Assembly: GCA_963823665.1 (NCBI GenBank)
Contig: CAWGMQ010000005.1
Span: 1,536,001 to 1,600,000, forward strand
Reading direction: 5' to 3'
Source of the DNA: an uncultured Planctomycetota bacterium
GTDB taxonomy: Bacteria; Planctomycetota; Planctomycetia; Isosphaerales; Isosphaeraceae
DNA: 64,000 bases
Of this stretch, positions 1 to 9,649 are shown piece after piece; positions within the stretch are counted from its first letter, which is position 1; the number at the start of each line of letters is the position of its first letter. The notes beneath the pieces are model-generated. The model was not told where the DNA came from, searched no databases, and saw only the letters and a program-made list of their open reading frames with translations. Position numbers and translations under genes: made by a program.

Positions 1-642
1 GCAAACGTCGACGAACAACTTGAGACGGCCCTCCGGCGGCAAGTGATTCTTGTCGCAGAACTCCGTGATCGGAATGCCCTTGACCAGTTCCATGACGAAG
101 TAAGGGCGCCCGGAGTTGGTAGCCCCCGCGTCAAGCACCTTGGCGATGTTCGGGTGGTCCATCAAGGCCAGCGCCTGCCGCTCCGACTCGAACCGGGCGA
201 TCACTTGGGCAGTGTCCATACCAGGCTTGATGATCTTGAGCGCGATGATCCTGCGCACCGGCCGTTCCTGCTCCGCCATGTAGACGACGCCGAACCCACC
301 TTCGCCGATCTGCTGCAGCAACTTGTATGGGCCGATTATCGTGCCCGGGCCCTCGGTGACCGCGCGCTGGTTGCCGTGGCCATTGGGACCGAGCTTGGGC
401 TCATCCGAGTAATCCGAGGTTGCAGCGTCTTTCACGTAAGCCAGCGCGATCGCCGGGTCCTTTACCGACGATCCGAGAAATCCCCCGGCCTCGTCGTGAG
501 CCATCAAGAGCGACTCTACCTTGAGCCGAAGCGTCGCGTTCTCGCCGCACGCCCGATCGAGAAACGCCGAACGCTCCGGACCGGCGGTGTGATTGAGCGC
601 CTCGCAGAAAATCCCCTTCAGGGCAGCTTCCGCCGGATTCAT
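1..642 (-). CDS. Hanks-type Ser/Thr protein kinase, N-terminal part (runs off window edge)
   Basis: Not in the ORF track. Hand translation from ATG at 642: MNPAEAALKGIFCEAL...IGPYKLLQQIGEGGFGVVYMAEQERPVRRIIALKIIKPGMDTAQVIARFESERQALALMDHPNIAKVLDAG...PYFVMELVKG (Gly loop, ALK lysine, HPNI). Lies directly downstream of an ECF sigma factor. Confidence 0.93.
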   Translation of the reverse strand, partial: MNPAEAALKGIFCEALNHTAGPERSAFLDRACGENATLRLKVESLLMAHDEAGGFLGSSVKDPAIALAYVKDAATSDYSDEPKLGPNGHGNQRAVTEGPGTIIGPYKLLQQIGEGGFGVVYMAEQERPVRRIIALKIIKPGMDTAQVIARFESERQALALMDHPNIAKVLDAGATNSGRPYFVMELVKGIPITEFCDKNHLPPEGRLKLFVDVC

Positions 643-682
643 TAGCGCCGTCCTCTGCTCGAAGTTGCCTATTCAGCTTTTC

Positions 683-727
683 GCCCCGAAGGGGCATCAA
701 CATATCAGCCCAGGGCAACGCCCTGGG
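683..727. repeat. REP-like double hairpin (GCCCCGAAGGGGC ... CCCAGGGCAACGCCCTGGG)
   Basis: Two short perfect palindromes between the sigma and kinase genes; pattern of small dispersed intergenic repeats. Confidence 0.6.
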
Positions 728-819
728 GGGGCATGGCCCTGGGAATCCGGGGCGGACCGAACGTTCCTACCCAAACATGCTCCGTCCGGCCCAGGATTCC
801 GACAAGAAAAATCGCCCGT

Positions 820-1470
820 TCAGAAAGATTCTCGCGGACCAAGCTGTTTGAAGAGCCACGCCCGAGCAAATGCCCAGTCCCGCTCGGCGGTCCGGCGGAC
901 GACGCCAAGAGCAGCGGCAGCCTCGTCAAGCGTGAGCCCGGCGAAGAGGCGAAGCTTGACCAGCTCGGCCCCCCGGGCGCCGATCAACGCCAGGCGGCCA
1001 AGAGCCTCATCGAAATCGATCAGATCGTCAGCCGGCGCGTCGTCGGCAACGAGGCCGTCGAGATCGAGCGACTCGCGCCGCCGTCCTCCACCGCGCTTGA
1101 GCCGTTTGCGATCGCGCGCACGGTCAACCAGTAGTCGCCTCATGGCCTCGGCCGCAGCGGCGAAGAAGTGACCGCGCCCGTCCCAGGGCTTGCCTGTATC
1201 CGGCCCGACGATCCGCAGATAGGCTTCGTGGACCAGGGCCGTGGCCTGGAGAGTCTGCCCCGGACTCTCCCCTGCCAAACGCAGCGCGGCCAGCCGCCGC
1301 AGCTCGTCATAGACCAGCGGCAGCAGGTCGCGCGCGGCGCGCTCGTCGCCTCGGCCGAGAGCATCGAGAATCCGGGTCACTTCGCCGCGATCAGACTCAA
1401 TGGCGATCGTCCTTTCCGAGGCTAACTTGCCCACCTGAAATGACTGTTTCTGGGCACTTCGTGGTAACAC
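820..1470 (-). CDS. ECF sigma factor, kinase-associated planctomycete type (TIGR02999-like); true start probably nearer 1380
   Basis: EVTRILDALGRGDERAARDLLPLVYDELRRLAA...TLQATALVHEAYLR...GHFFAAAAEAMRRLLVDRAR...VKLRLFAGLT...TAERDWAFARAWL. Confidence 0.92.
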   Translation of the reverse strand: MLPRSAQKQSFQVGKLASERTIAIESDRGEVTRILDALGRGDERAARDLLPLVYDELRRLAALRLAGESPGQTLQATALVHEAYLRIVGPDTGKPWDGRGHFFAAAAEAMRRLLVDRARDRKRLKRGGGRRRESLDLDGLVADDAPADDLIDFDEALGRLALIGARGAELVKLRLFAGLTLDEAAAALGVVRRTAERDWAFARAWLFKQLGPRESF

Positions 1471-2441
1471 GCCGCGTTGGTGGCGGAATTCCCCTGCGCA
1501 ACTGCAAGGGCGAGTTGGGTTTTCGTGCTCATGCGCTGTTCCGTATCCATGTTGTTACCCAGTGTTACTAAATTCAAACAATTTCGCCTCCCCCACGCGC
1601 GGTTTTCCCCAGCCCGTGACCCAGGCTATTTGCGCACGACTGCAAGGCCGAATAAACGGGCGTCATTGGCCACCGTGGTGGCGCTTCGTGTCGGTCACAC
1701 GCGTTGGGCGTGTTCAAATTCACCTTGGATTGAGAAGTCACGGCATTTAGCCCGTTGAGAAAAAATGACCAACCGCTCCCTGACGCCCCCGCCCCAAGAA
1801 CGGTGCTGAACGAGGCGCAGTGGGTCCAATCATTTGCCCATCATTGCAAAACACGGAGAACGCCGCCCGCTAATGCAAGCGAAACTCCCATATTCCGAAA
1901 TGTCTGCTCCGCAATCTCGGCTCGATCGTCACGACCAATACAGCACGTGCCTCAACAATCTGGCCGTCCAGCTAGCTCGGAAAGGCAACGGCTGATCGCC
2001 TGCGGGAGCGGTCGTTTCGGCCTCAGAACACGGGAAACGCTCATCTGCATCGTGGTGAGTTCCGGGCGTCGAAATTGATCGAGAACGTGCTCATGTTTGG
2101 CTATCGCGACCCGACGTTCGATGAGACACACCGTGAACTTGCGATGGTTACCCAGGCCGCCGTTGTCGAGTGGCTGCGACGCGCTGGCGTTGTGACGCTG
2201 CCGCCGAGAGAAAGACGCAGAAGCCTGCGTCGAACCATCAGAGGAAACGTGGTTCCCGGACTGAGAGGCGTTGCTGCCGGCATCGTCCTTGGTTGGTTCC
2301 GGGCGACTTATCTCTGACATCGCGATGAAAAGGAATCCGAGGTTTTCTTTATTGCTCCCGTGACTTGGCGGTTTGATCGCAAGAAGCCCGCTTCCAAACA
2401 TGCCGACGGGTTTCTTAACTCGAGCGGCAAGGGGGTGGAGC

Positions 2442-3038
2442 ATGATCATCGGCTACCCGAGGGTCTCGACGACCGAGCAAAACCTTGACTTGCAGCGTGA
2501 CGCCCTGAAGCGGGCCGGGTGGGAGAAGATCATCGAGGACACGGTCAGTGGGGGCAAGGTGCAACGGCCTGGACTGGAGCGTGTGCACGATGCGCTTCGA
2601 TCTGGCGACGTGCTGGCGGTCTGCCGGCTCGACCGGTTGGGCCGATCGCTCAAGCACCTGATCGAACTGATAGCGGAGCTTGAGGCCGAGCGGATCGGAT
2701 TCCAGAGCGTCACCGAATCCATTGATACGACCACACCCGGCGGCAAGCTGGTGTTCCATATCCTTGGGGCACTCGCGGAGTTTGAACGTAACCTGATCCG
2801 CGAAAGGACGTATGCGGGGCTGGCAGCCGCGAGAGCCCGCGGCAGGAAAGGCGGCAGGCGAAAAAAGCTTGGCGAGAAGCAGCGTGCCGTGGCCGTCGAT
2901 TTGTACCGTCAGAAGAAGCACACAGTTGACGAGATTTGCAAAGCGGTCGGCATCTCGAGGCCGACGCTTAATAAGCACGCCGCCGCGGCTGGCGACACAT
3001 GGCGTCCAATCGCGGCCATGTGGTGCGGAAAGTGCTAA
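2442..3038 (+). CDS. Serine recombinase, resolvase/invertase family with C-terminal HTH
   Basis: MIIGYPRVSTTEQNLDLQ (catalytic Ser), RPGL, RLDRLGRS, IDTTTPGGKLVFHILGALAEFER, HTH ICKAVGISRPTL; GGAG RBS before ATG 2442. A few consensus deviations (GYPRVS, AVCRLDR). Confidence 0.9.
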   Translation: MIIGYPRVSTTEQNLDLQRDALKRAGWEKIIEDTVSGGKVQRPGLERVHDALRSGDVLAVCRLDRLGRSLKHLIELIAELEAERIGFQSVTESIDTTTPGGKLVFHILGALAEFERNLIRERTYAGLAAARARGRKGGRRKKLGEKQRAVAVDLYRQKKHTVDEICKAVGISRPTLNKHAAAAGDTWRPIAAMWCGKC

Positions 3039-3550
3039 GTCCGCCGGATACCCTTTAGGTGCAAGTGTTCTTCCGACGCTTCCGTCGATCAGATCGACGC
3101 AGGTTGAAATGGCTCAGGGATTGATTGCTGTTGTTCACCCAAGCGTCAAGGAGCTAGTTGCCGACTGGCCTACGAGTCTCTAAGAACCGCGTCACGAAAG
3201 GCAGGAATCCGAGTGGTTTTCCACAGACGTATCGCGGCACGACCCGCGCGCCAAGGAGTTATGCAGGGTGACTTGCGTAGTATGGAAGGCTGGACTGGAA
3301 ACCGCCGGAGTTGCGTGGCGTGCGTGAGTGACCGCGGTGAGAGCTGTGGAGCACTTCCGGTGACTTGCACGCCGTGCATTCTCTCCGCCGTTGAGCGGTT
3401 GCTACCACCAGGGTAGGATACGGCTGCGACTCGGGACCAGCACTCGTCTCGAACGGGGAAGGCGACTTGCTGATCGATACGGACGCTGAATGCTGTACAC
3501 CCCGATAATGGACGGGGGTTACCGTTGGTACAATGGTTTCGAGAGGAACG

Positions 3551-4459
3551 ATGGCGAACAACAAGCAGCTGACAGCCCTGTTCCGCGCGATCGCGGCCGA
3601 GAACCTCGGCGGTGCCACGGAAATCGCTGCGCAGATCTGCCAGCAGGAGGAGGAGAAGGGGCACTATACGGCGGCCAGGATGCTCCGGGGCGCGCTTCAC
3701 GCGTCGCGGAACGGCGGCGCGGCTCATAAAGGACGTCACGATCCGCCGAACGGGAGATGGGTCATCTCATCGGCGTTGACCCGGATGCCTACCGGCGTCG
3801 ACTTAGCCGCTGTCACGCTGCCGTCCGCGACACGCGAGGAGCTTGCAGGGCTGAATCTCGAATGGCATCACCGAGTTCGCCTGATGGAGCGAGGGATCGC
3901 ACGCCGGACGAAACTCTTGTTCCATGGGCCGCCGGGCTGCGGGAAGAGCTTGACAGCCAGCGCGCTGGCTAATGAACTGGAGCTGCCAGTGTACCTTGTC
4001 AGGTTCGACGCGGTCATCGGCGCGTATCTGGGGCAGACTGCCATCCATCTTCGACAATTGTTCCACTTCGCAGAGACGACGCCTTGCGTCCTGTTGTTCG
4101 ACGAATTGGACGCACTGGGCAAGCGGCGTGGGAACCCCACCGATGTCGGCGAACTCGACCGAATAGCCATCGCCTTGATGCAGGAGCTAGAGCACACTAC
4201 CCCCCAGGGCCTCGTCATCGGAACTTCAAATTTGGCCAAGGATCTGGACGACGCCCTCTGGAGAAGGTTTGATTTTGTTCTGGAGTTCAAAGCACCGGCC
4301 CAGAAAGTCTTGGTGAACTTCGCGCTGCAGCTGGCCTCAGAGAAGAGAGTGCAACTGGGCGATGAATCGCTGGCCAAGGCGGCCAAGGCGAAGAATTTCG
4401 CCAATGCGGAGGCGGTCGTCTTGGCGGAGGCGCGGAAACAGGCGCTTCGAGACTTCTAA
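3551..4459 (+). CDS. ietA: AAA+ ATPase of IetAS-type toxin-antitoxin/defence pair
   Basis: Walker A GPPGCGKS, Walker B LLFDELD, DVGELDRI, LDDALWRRFD; GAGAGGA RBS before ATG 3551; ends 9 bp before an S8 protease. Confidence 0.88.
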   Translation: MANNKQLTALFRAIAAENLGGATEIAAQICQQEEEKGHYTAARMLRGALHASRNGGAAHKGRHDPPNGRWVISSALTRMPTGVDLAAVTLPSATREELAGLNLEWHHRVRLMERGIARRTKLLFHGPPGCGKSLTASALANELELPVYLVRFDAVIGAYLGQTAIHLRQLFHFAETTPCVLLFDELDALGKRRGNPTDVGELDRIAIALMQELEHTTPQGLVIGTSNLAKDLDDALWRRFDFVLEFKAPAQKVLVNFALQLASEKRVQLGDESLAKAAKAKNFANAEAVVLAEARKQALRDF

Positions 4460-4468
4460 GGGCACCAA

Positions 4469-6856
4469 ATGGCGGTCGAGAAAAGACGAGTCAATCCGCG
4501 CACTTTCTTCCTGAACGAAACTCATGAACTCGCATCGGCCGAGAAGGCGGGCGGTGGGCGATTGCCGGCGTACGCGCCGATCCCATGGGCGGCGAAGGCG
4601 AAGCGGCTCAACGATTCCATACAGCGGGTAGAGCGGCTGATCGTCGGATCAAATGACCCACTGAAGGAAGATCGGTTCTTCGTCCTGGCGAACCCCGTCA
4701 CAGAAGTCGAGAAGTTGTCAAACGACAAGAAGAAGGCGCCGACTGGGACCTTCAAGGAGAGAACGGAATTCGGCGGAGCCCACAGCCGTGTCTTCGACCG
4801 CCTGGGTATGGACCTTCTCCAGGTCACGGATAACGGCCAGGCAATCGTCCACGCGAAGAGGGCCACGGTCGAGCAGCTGCGCGAGCGTTCGGCCTCCCTA
4901 GCGACACTGGGTGCGCGTGAGCAGTCACGTTGGGTCACAATTGAGTCATTCGACGTCATCCCGTTTCAGTTGCGGGTCGACCAAGACTGGCTGAATCATC
5001 TTCCGACCCTAGCACTGGCGGAAGTGGTGTTCGAACTGCAGCCGGTGCTGGCCAGAGTCGAGGTCGAGCAGGTACTACGAGCCATTGCGGCGAGCCTCAA
5101 GAACGCGGAGAAGCTGACGGGCACGGGCAGTGACTTCTCCGGCCGAAGGTGGCTGCGCGGCTTGGCATCGCGCGAATCGATTGAGCGAATCGCCCGCGAT
5201 TTTTTCTCCGTCCAGTCGATCCACGCTCCCCTGTACTCCGTAGCGGCGGGTAAGTCCCCGCTGAGCAGGGCTCCGGCAACCGGAACCGCGCCGCCGGTCC
5301 AGGCTGACCCGACTGCGCTGCCCTGCGTCGCGATCCTGGATCTTGGGGTTCCCAGCGACCATAGACGGCTGCGCCCATTCAAGCGAGGGCAATTTGTACC
5401 GATCGGGGCACCAAGAGCTCCGATCGGCAATCACGGCTCCTACGTCGCTTCCAGGATCGTCTTCGGTGATTGCGAGACACCTGATGCATTGTTAGAAAGC
5501 CCAGGGACATGTAGCTTCTATGATGGAATGGTCGGTGTGCATCCCGGCGTTACGCGCAGGCGAGGCCGTGGTGAGGTCGACGACAAGCTTGTAATGGAAA
5601 CGATGGCTGGCATCGCCGGTGCAGCTCCGGACGTGCGAGTCTTCAATCTAAGTTTCGGGTACGATGGCCCTCTCTCGTCATTCTCGGAGGTCGAGCGAAA
5701 CGAGCACAAAGTCAATCTTCGTGACTTGGACAACTTCGTTTTTGCGATCGATTCGATTGTCGTCGTCGCGGCGGGTAATTCAGTTCCTGGGGCCGTGCCA
5801 AACCCGGAATATCCCGAACATCACAATGACGCCAGGTGGGCTCTCGGTCCGTGGACTTGCGGATTCAATACGCTCGTTTGCGGATCATTCGTTTCGCGGT
5901 TGTCTGCGAGTGGTCTTGTGACGGAGATCGGGTGGCCAAGCCCGTTCTGTCGGGTCGGCCCTGGGCTCTGCGAGGCGCCGATCCCGTCGTTCAGTGCCGA
6001 AGGGGGTAACACTGACGCAAGCTACGGGTATGCGCCTGAACTCGGTGTTTGGTGCTTCTCGGGAGCCGCGCTGCCGGAGGACAAGATCGGGACGTCATTT
6101 GCCGCTCCTTTGCTCGCCCGCGAGGCGGCCCTAACGCTCGATCGTCTCCAGCAACATTGCGCCCCTGGGACACGGCCGTTCGCTGTAACGGCACGGGCCT
6201 TTCTAACACTGACCGCCACCCCGCCGCCGCACGTTCACTCGATCCGTGAACTGATCGAGAGGACCCTCGGATACGGGAAGGCCCAGTGTTCCAAGCTGCT
6301 CTCACCCACCGCCGGCTCCGCGGTGATCCTCTGGCAAGGGTACATGGAGTCGACCAAAGATATTGTCAGGGTGCAACTGCCGATCCCTCTCGTCTGGCTC
6401 ACGGCTGCGGACGATCCCGCGCTCCGCTTGGTGGTCTGCTACGATCCGCCCGTGAACGAGGCCGCTAATGGGCTCTGGGCATGCCGGAGGGTATCCGCCA
6501 AACTCAAGATGCGGCCGGATGACGATGCGCTCAGACCACCCCGCGGCTCGCACAACACTTACCCGGTCATCTACCGGACCTATAAGCTCGCCCGATACAA
6601 ATCCGGCGGGAAGGTACAAGCAGAAGGGGATATGTGGCTGCTGGAGCTCGCGTATGAGGAGATTGCAGCCTATCCGCCGGGCTTGGACTTCGCCCCCCAG
6701 CAACGAGTAGCGTTCGCGGCGGAGCTGGTCGATTTCGGGCAGTCGCATGCAGATCCGCAGCCTGCTATGCAAGCGTTGCCGAATGCTCATCTCATGAATC
6801 GCCTGTCCATCCAGCCCGTGCCCGTCCGCAATCCGATTATCATCACTCGAAGATGA
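4469..6856 (+). CDS. ietS: Cytoplasmic subtilisin-like (S8) serine protease of IetAS-type system
   Basis: Catalytic Asp (VAILDLG), His (NHGSYVAS), oxyanion Asn (AAGN), Ser (GTSFAAP); FNLSFG; no signal peptide; operonic with AAA ATPase. Confidence 0.88.
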   Translation: MAVEKRRVNPRTFFLNETHELASAEKAGGGRLPAYAPIPWAAKAKRLNDSIQRVERLIVGSNDPLKEDRFFVLANPVTEVEKLSNDKKKAPTGTFKERTEFGGAHSRVFDRLGMDLLQVTDNGQAIVHAKRATVEQLRERSASLATLGAREQSRWVTIESFDVIPFQLRVDQDWLNHLPTLALAEVVFELQPVLARVEVEQVLRAIAASLKNAEKLTGTGSDFSGRRWLRGLASRESIERIARDFFSVQSIHAPLYSVAAGKSPLSRAPATGTAPPVQADPTALPCVAILDLGVPSDHRRLRPFKRGQFVPIGAPRAPIGNHGSYVASRIVFGDCETPDALLESPGTCSFYDGMVGVHPGVTRRRGRGEVDDKLVMETMAGIAGAAPDVRVFNLSFGYDGPLSSFSEVERNEHKVNLRDLDNFVFAIDSIVVVAAGNSVPGAVPNPEYPEHHNDARWALGPWTCGFNTLVCGSFVSRLSASGLVTEIGWPSPFCRVGPGLCEAPIPSFSAEGGNTDASYGYAPELGVWCFSGAALPEDKIGTSFAAPLLAREAALTLDRLQQHCAPGTRPFAVTARAFLTLTATPPPHVHSIRELIERTLGYGKAQCSKLLSPTAGSAVILWQGYMESTKDIVRVQLPIPLVWLTAADDPALRLVVCYDPPVNEAANGLWACRRVSAKLKMRPDDDALRPPRGSHNTYPVIYRTYKLARYKSGGKVQAEGDMWLLELAYEEIAAYPPGLDFAPQQRVAFAAELVDFGQSHADPQPAMQALPNAHLMNRLSIQPVPVRNPIIITRR

Positions 6857-7442
6857 TTGGAAGTTTCTCGATGATTAGATTCATTCGGCCTATTTTCCCC
6901 CCCTCCAGAGCACTCGGGTAGCGTGCGACGTCGCTGGTCCAAGCAGGGTGTCCCGCTTTGGACATTCGACATTCGAAAGGCGGTTTGATTCGGAGGATCG
7001 TTCTCTCATGCTCTTGTCGAAACCAGCGCCCGAGTACCGCGTGCTCCGACGCCTCGCACTGAGTCGAGCGCTGACCGAATCCACACGGCGCTAGGAGTGC
7101 CTACGCCCGGATACAGGATGTGTTGCTGGCACGGGTCCGACGACACCGACGCGCGCCGGCGCGGAGCCCAACGGAGTTCGCGGCGTCATTCGATCTTAGG
7201 AACGGGCGGCGGTGTTCGATTCGAGGGGCTGTTAATCAAACCAGCGGTTTCTCTACGAGCGGCTCGGTGCCGATGCCGGATCGGGCCACCGACCTCTTTG
7301 GATAGGGGAACTCGGGAGATGAATCAAAGTCAACTTTTGTGATGCTGTAACGAGTTTCTTGCCGCTGAAAGGCGCCGGTGAGGCATGCGACAGGGTAAAG
7401 GAGAAATAATCTCCGCAATTTGCTGCTAGGCTGGTAATGTGC

Positions 7443-8522
7443 TCATTTCTTCGCCACATAAGGTCGCCATCCAGGATCGCTCGGCCTGGGTCGCAGGTGG
7501 CTGACGTCAAATGGCTCCCGGCACTTCGTCAGGCGGCCCTGAAGCGGGATGCGTTTGGCTCCCCTGCGGATACTGATGAATGAAAGCTTCAGACCTAAGA
7601 TCGCGGTTTGCTCATAGGTTTGGAGTATGCCATTGCCTGGCATGCCGTCCGCTGGAAGCAATTCGCGCACCGTGGTTGTTTTGTGCTTCCGCAGGGATGC
7701 ATATTTCCGTGTTAATCGCGTAAGGTCATCGCACTCTGCCCACTGAGAAAACAAGAGATTGCAGTCGGCGTTGACGACTTGCATTTTATTAAGCTGGCAT
7801 ACATCACTTAGCGAATCGACTACGGTGACATTCTGGTGGATGGGCGCGCATTTATAGATTTCCTTGTCAGATAACATGAGAAGGTGCCGTGGTGAAATCG
7901 GTGTATACAGCATGAAGCCGCACTGGGCGGCACCGAGCATGCCATGACCTCGTACCGTTTCGGAGAATAGGTTGTATTTAAAGGCAGGGTTATCTGATGT
8001 GATAAAAGAGCGAGCCGTGCGGTTTACGAGTAGGTGGCAGTTTAGACCCTCGAAACAGTCATAGATTAGGCGAAAGTGGCTAAGGGCGATTTTTGCGGCC
8101 TCGTAAGGTGCAAGGGTCAGTTGTTTATCCAAGCGTGGCGAAATACCGCCGTAGGACGCTCGAAGGTTTTCTTTAGTTTTGTCCAACATCTGGGTGACTT
8201 TGCTAATGGCTACCGGTGTTCTCAGCATTTGCATCGCAAGAACGTGCAACACATGACGGTATTGCTGGCTAGAGTGATCGGGCAGTCTTGAAGTCTGAAC
8301 GATGGAAGCAATTGCGGGAGCGGCGGCATTTTCCAGCTCGGCGAGGAACTTTTCTAGGGAATCGTCCAATCCGTACAAATGGTCGCGGTAGCACTGGGCC
8401 TTTAGGTTGCCGTCAGGATAGGCTTTGAAATCGCGGAGATTCAGGATGTTGACCCGCCGTGGGTTACTTGCAAAATGCTTCAGGTAGAAATGGGGCACAT
8501 AGTGATGCTTTTTCTGCGGCAT
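7443..8522 (-). CDS. DUF4238 family protein (defence-associated)
   Basis: N-terminal KHHYVPHFYLKHF, LEKFLAELE, FITSDNP and PISP motifs; visibly AT-richer than flanks. Confidence 0.85.
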   Translation of the reverse strand: MPQKKHHYVPHFYLKHFASNPRRVNILNLRDFKAYPDGNLKAQCYRDHLYGLDDSLEKFLAELENAAAPAIASIVQTSRLPDHSSQQYRHVLHVLAMQMLRTPVAISKVTQMLDKTKENLRASYGGISPRLDKQLTLAPYEAAKIALSHFRLIYDCFEGLNCHLLVNRTARSFITSDNPAFKYNLFSETVRGHGMLGAAQCGFMLYTPISPRHLLMLSDKEIYKCAPIHQNVTVVDSLSDVCQLNKMQVVNADCNLLFSQWAECDDLTRLTRKYASLRKHKTTTVRELLPADGMPGNGILQTYEQTAILGLKLSFISIRRGAKRIPLQGRLTKCREPFDVSHLRPRPSDPGWRPYVAKK

Positions 8523-8589
8523 CGTACCTTAGTTCCGCTAAGTCGCGATCCGCTCGACTTCATCGAGCGGGATCGGGTCGTTGGTTCGG

Positions 8590-8961
8590 TCAGTATTTCA
8601 AAACATAGGTTGGGCTTTTGCTGAGCCGGTCGCGGCTTCGGATATAGGTCTGGGGTCGTGCGTGGATCGGCGTGGCCGGCGAATTCCTGCAAATCAATTA
8701 TATCGCTGCCGCGTTCCCTGGTTGGGTCGGACGTGGACAAGCTGCTCCCAGGCACCAGCCTCGATGCCAGCGAAGGCGAGAAACTGGTCGAGGTCGCTTT
8801 CATACGCCCGGCGGGTTTGGGGCGAAGGGGTGCGGAGCTGCGAAGCGTTAATGGCTCGCATCACCTGCTCGCGGAGATCGACGGGCAATCCGCCGGTGAA
8901 TGCCGGAATGGGATGCGATCGGCAAAATCTGCCGCCCAGCACTCCTTGTCTGATCGTTCAT
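8590..8961 (-). pseudogene. Tyrosine recombinase/integrase relic with internal deletion and frameshifts
   Basis: N-terminal SPQTRRAYESDLDQFLAFAG is joined directly to the C-terminal box ERGSDIIDLQEFAGHADPRTT, then in another frame TYIRSRDRLSKSPTYVLKY*. The catalytic core in between is missing. Confidence 0.8.
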
Positions 8962-9071
8962 AGACCCCCGGTAATAGTTCGGATAACGAAGAGGATTGTA
9001 TCCGAAGTGCCTATGCACGCGATCGGCGATCCCAAGGGCCGTGGCGGCACTTTGGATACAATTCGTTGAAC

Positions 9072-9198
9072 TGATGATCAGCGACAATTAACTTTCCCCA
9101 CCGGCGACAATTAAGATTCCCCAGCGCAGCGGGATCTTTTCCCCGCCGACGACAATTAAGATTCCCCAGCGCAGCCAGATCATACGACGGGGAATCTT
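9072..9198. mobile_element. Possible orphan IS21-family-like terminal repeat array
   Basis: Three 19-bp units CGACAATTAA(CT/GA)TTCCCCA at 9082, 9105 and 9150, a TG about 10 bp before the first, and an inverted partial copy at 9189-9198. No transposase nearby. Confidence 0.45.
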
Positions 9199-9649
9199 CG
9201 TCCCACTGCGAAAAGTGGCTTTGTTTTCGGCCTCTCTTGATCTTACTTCCCGGTCTTCAGGACGTATCAAGCACCGGACTTCCTCCTGTTTGCTCCAAGC
9301 TCACTGAATCGATCGGGATCGGCGGCAGGTGCTCGACGACGAACAAGCGCCCTTTTCCGCACCGAGGTCATACAGTGGTCCGGGCGGGCTTAGTGTCGGA
9401 CACTACCGGCTCAACAGCGGGAGTGGCCAGCGGGCACTCAGGAGCCGACTCTTTGTCGAGCATTGCCTGGCAGGCGGCAACCTTCTCGTGTCGGAGGCAG
9501 TTCGACAGGAAACCGTAGTGACCCGGCGTGCAGAGCTGCCCGCGAGGGGGCTGTATGACCGAAAACGGAGAAAGGTGACGGGGACTACTGTTGAGCGGAA
9601 TATCAATATAACTTCAAGTGAGTATTCGGATTAACCGGATACCTAAATG

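Noticed and set aside
43..645. 200-aa plus-strand ORF
   Set aside because: Antisense shadow of the minus-strand kinase, which has clear motifs.
6860..7440. Short ORFs between the protease and DUF4238, also 3040-3530 and 9240-9640
   Set aside because: No recognisable motifs, RBS or consistent frame; may be decayed DNA but cannot be supported.
9082..9175. CRISPR-like repeats
   Set aside because: Only three short units with uneven 4 and 26 bp gaps and no cas genes.
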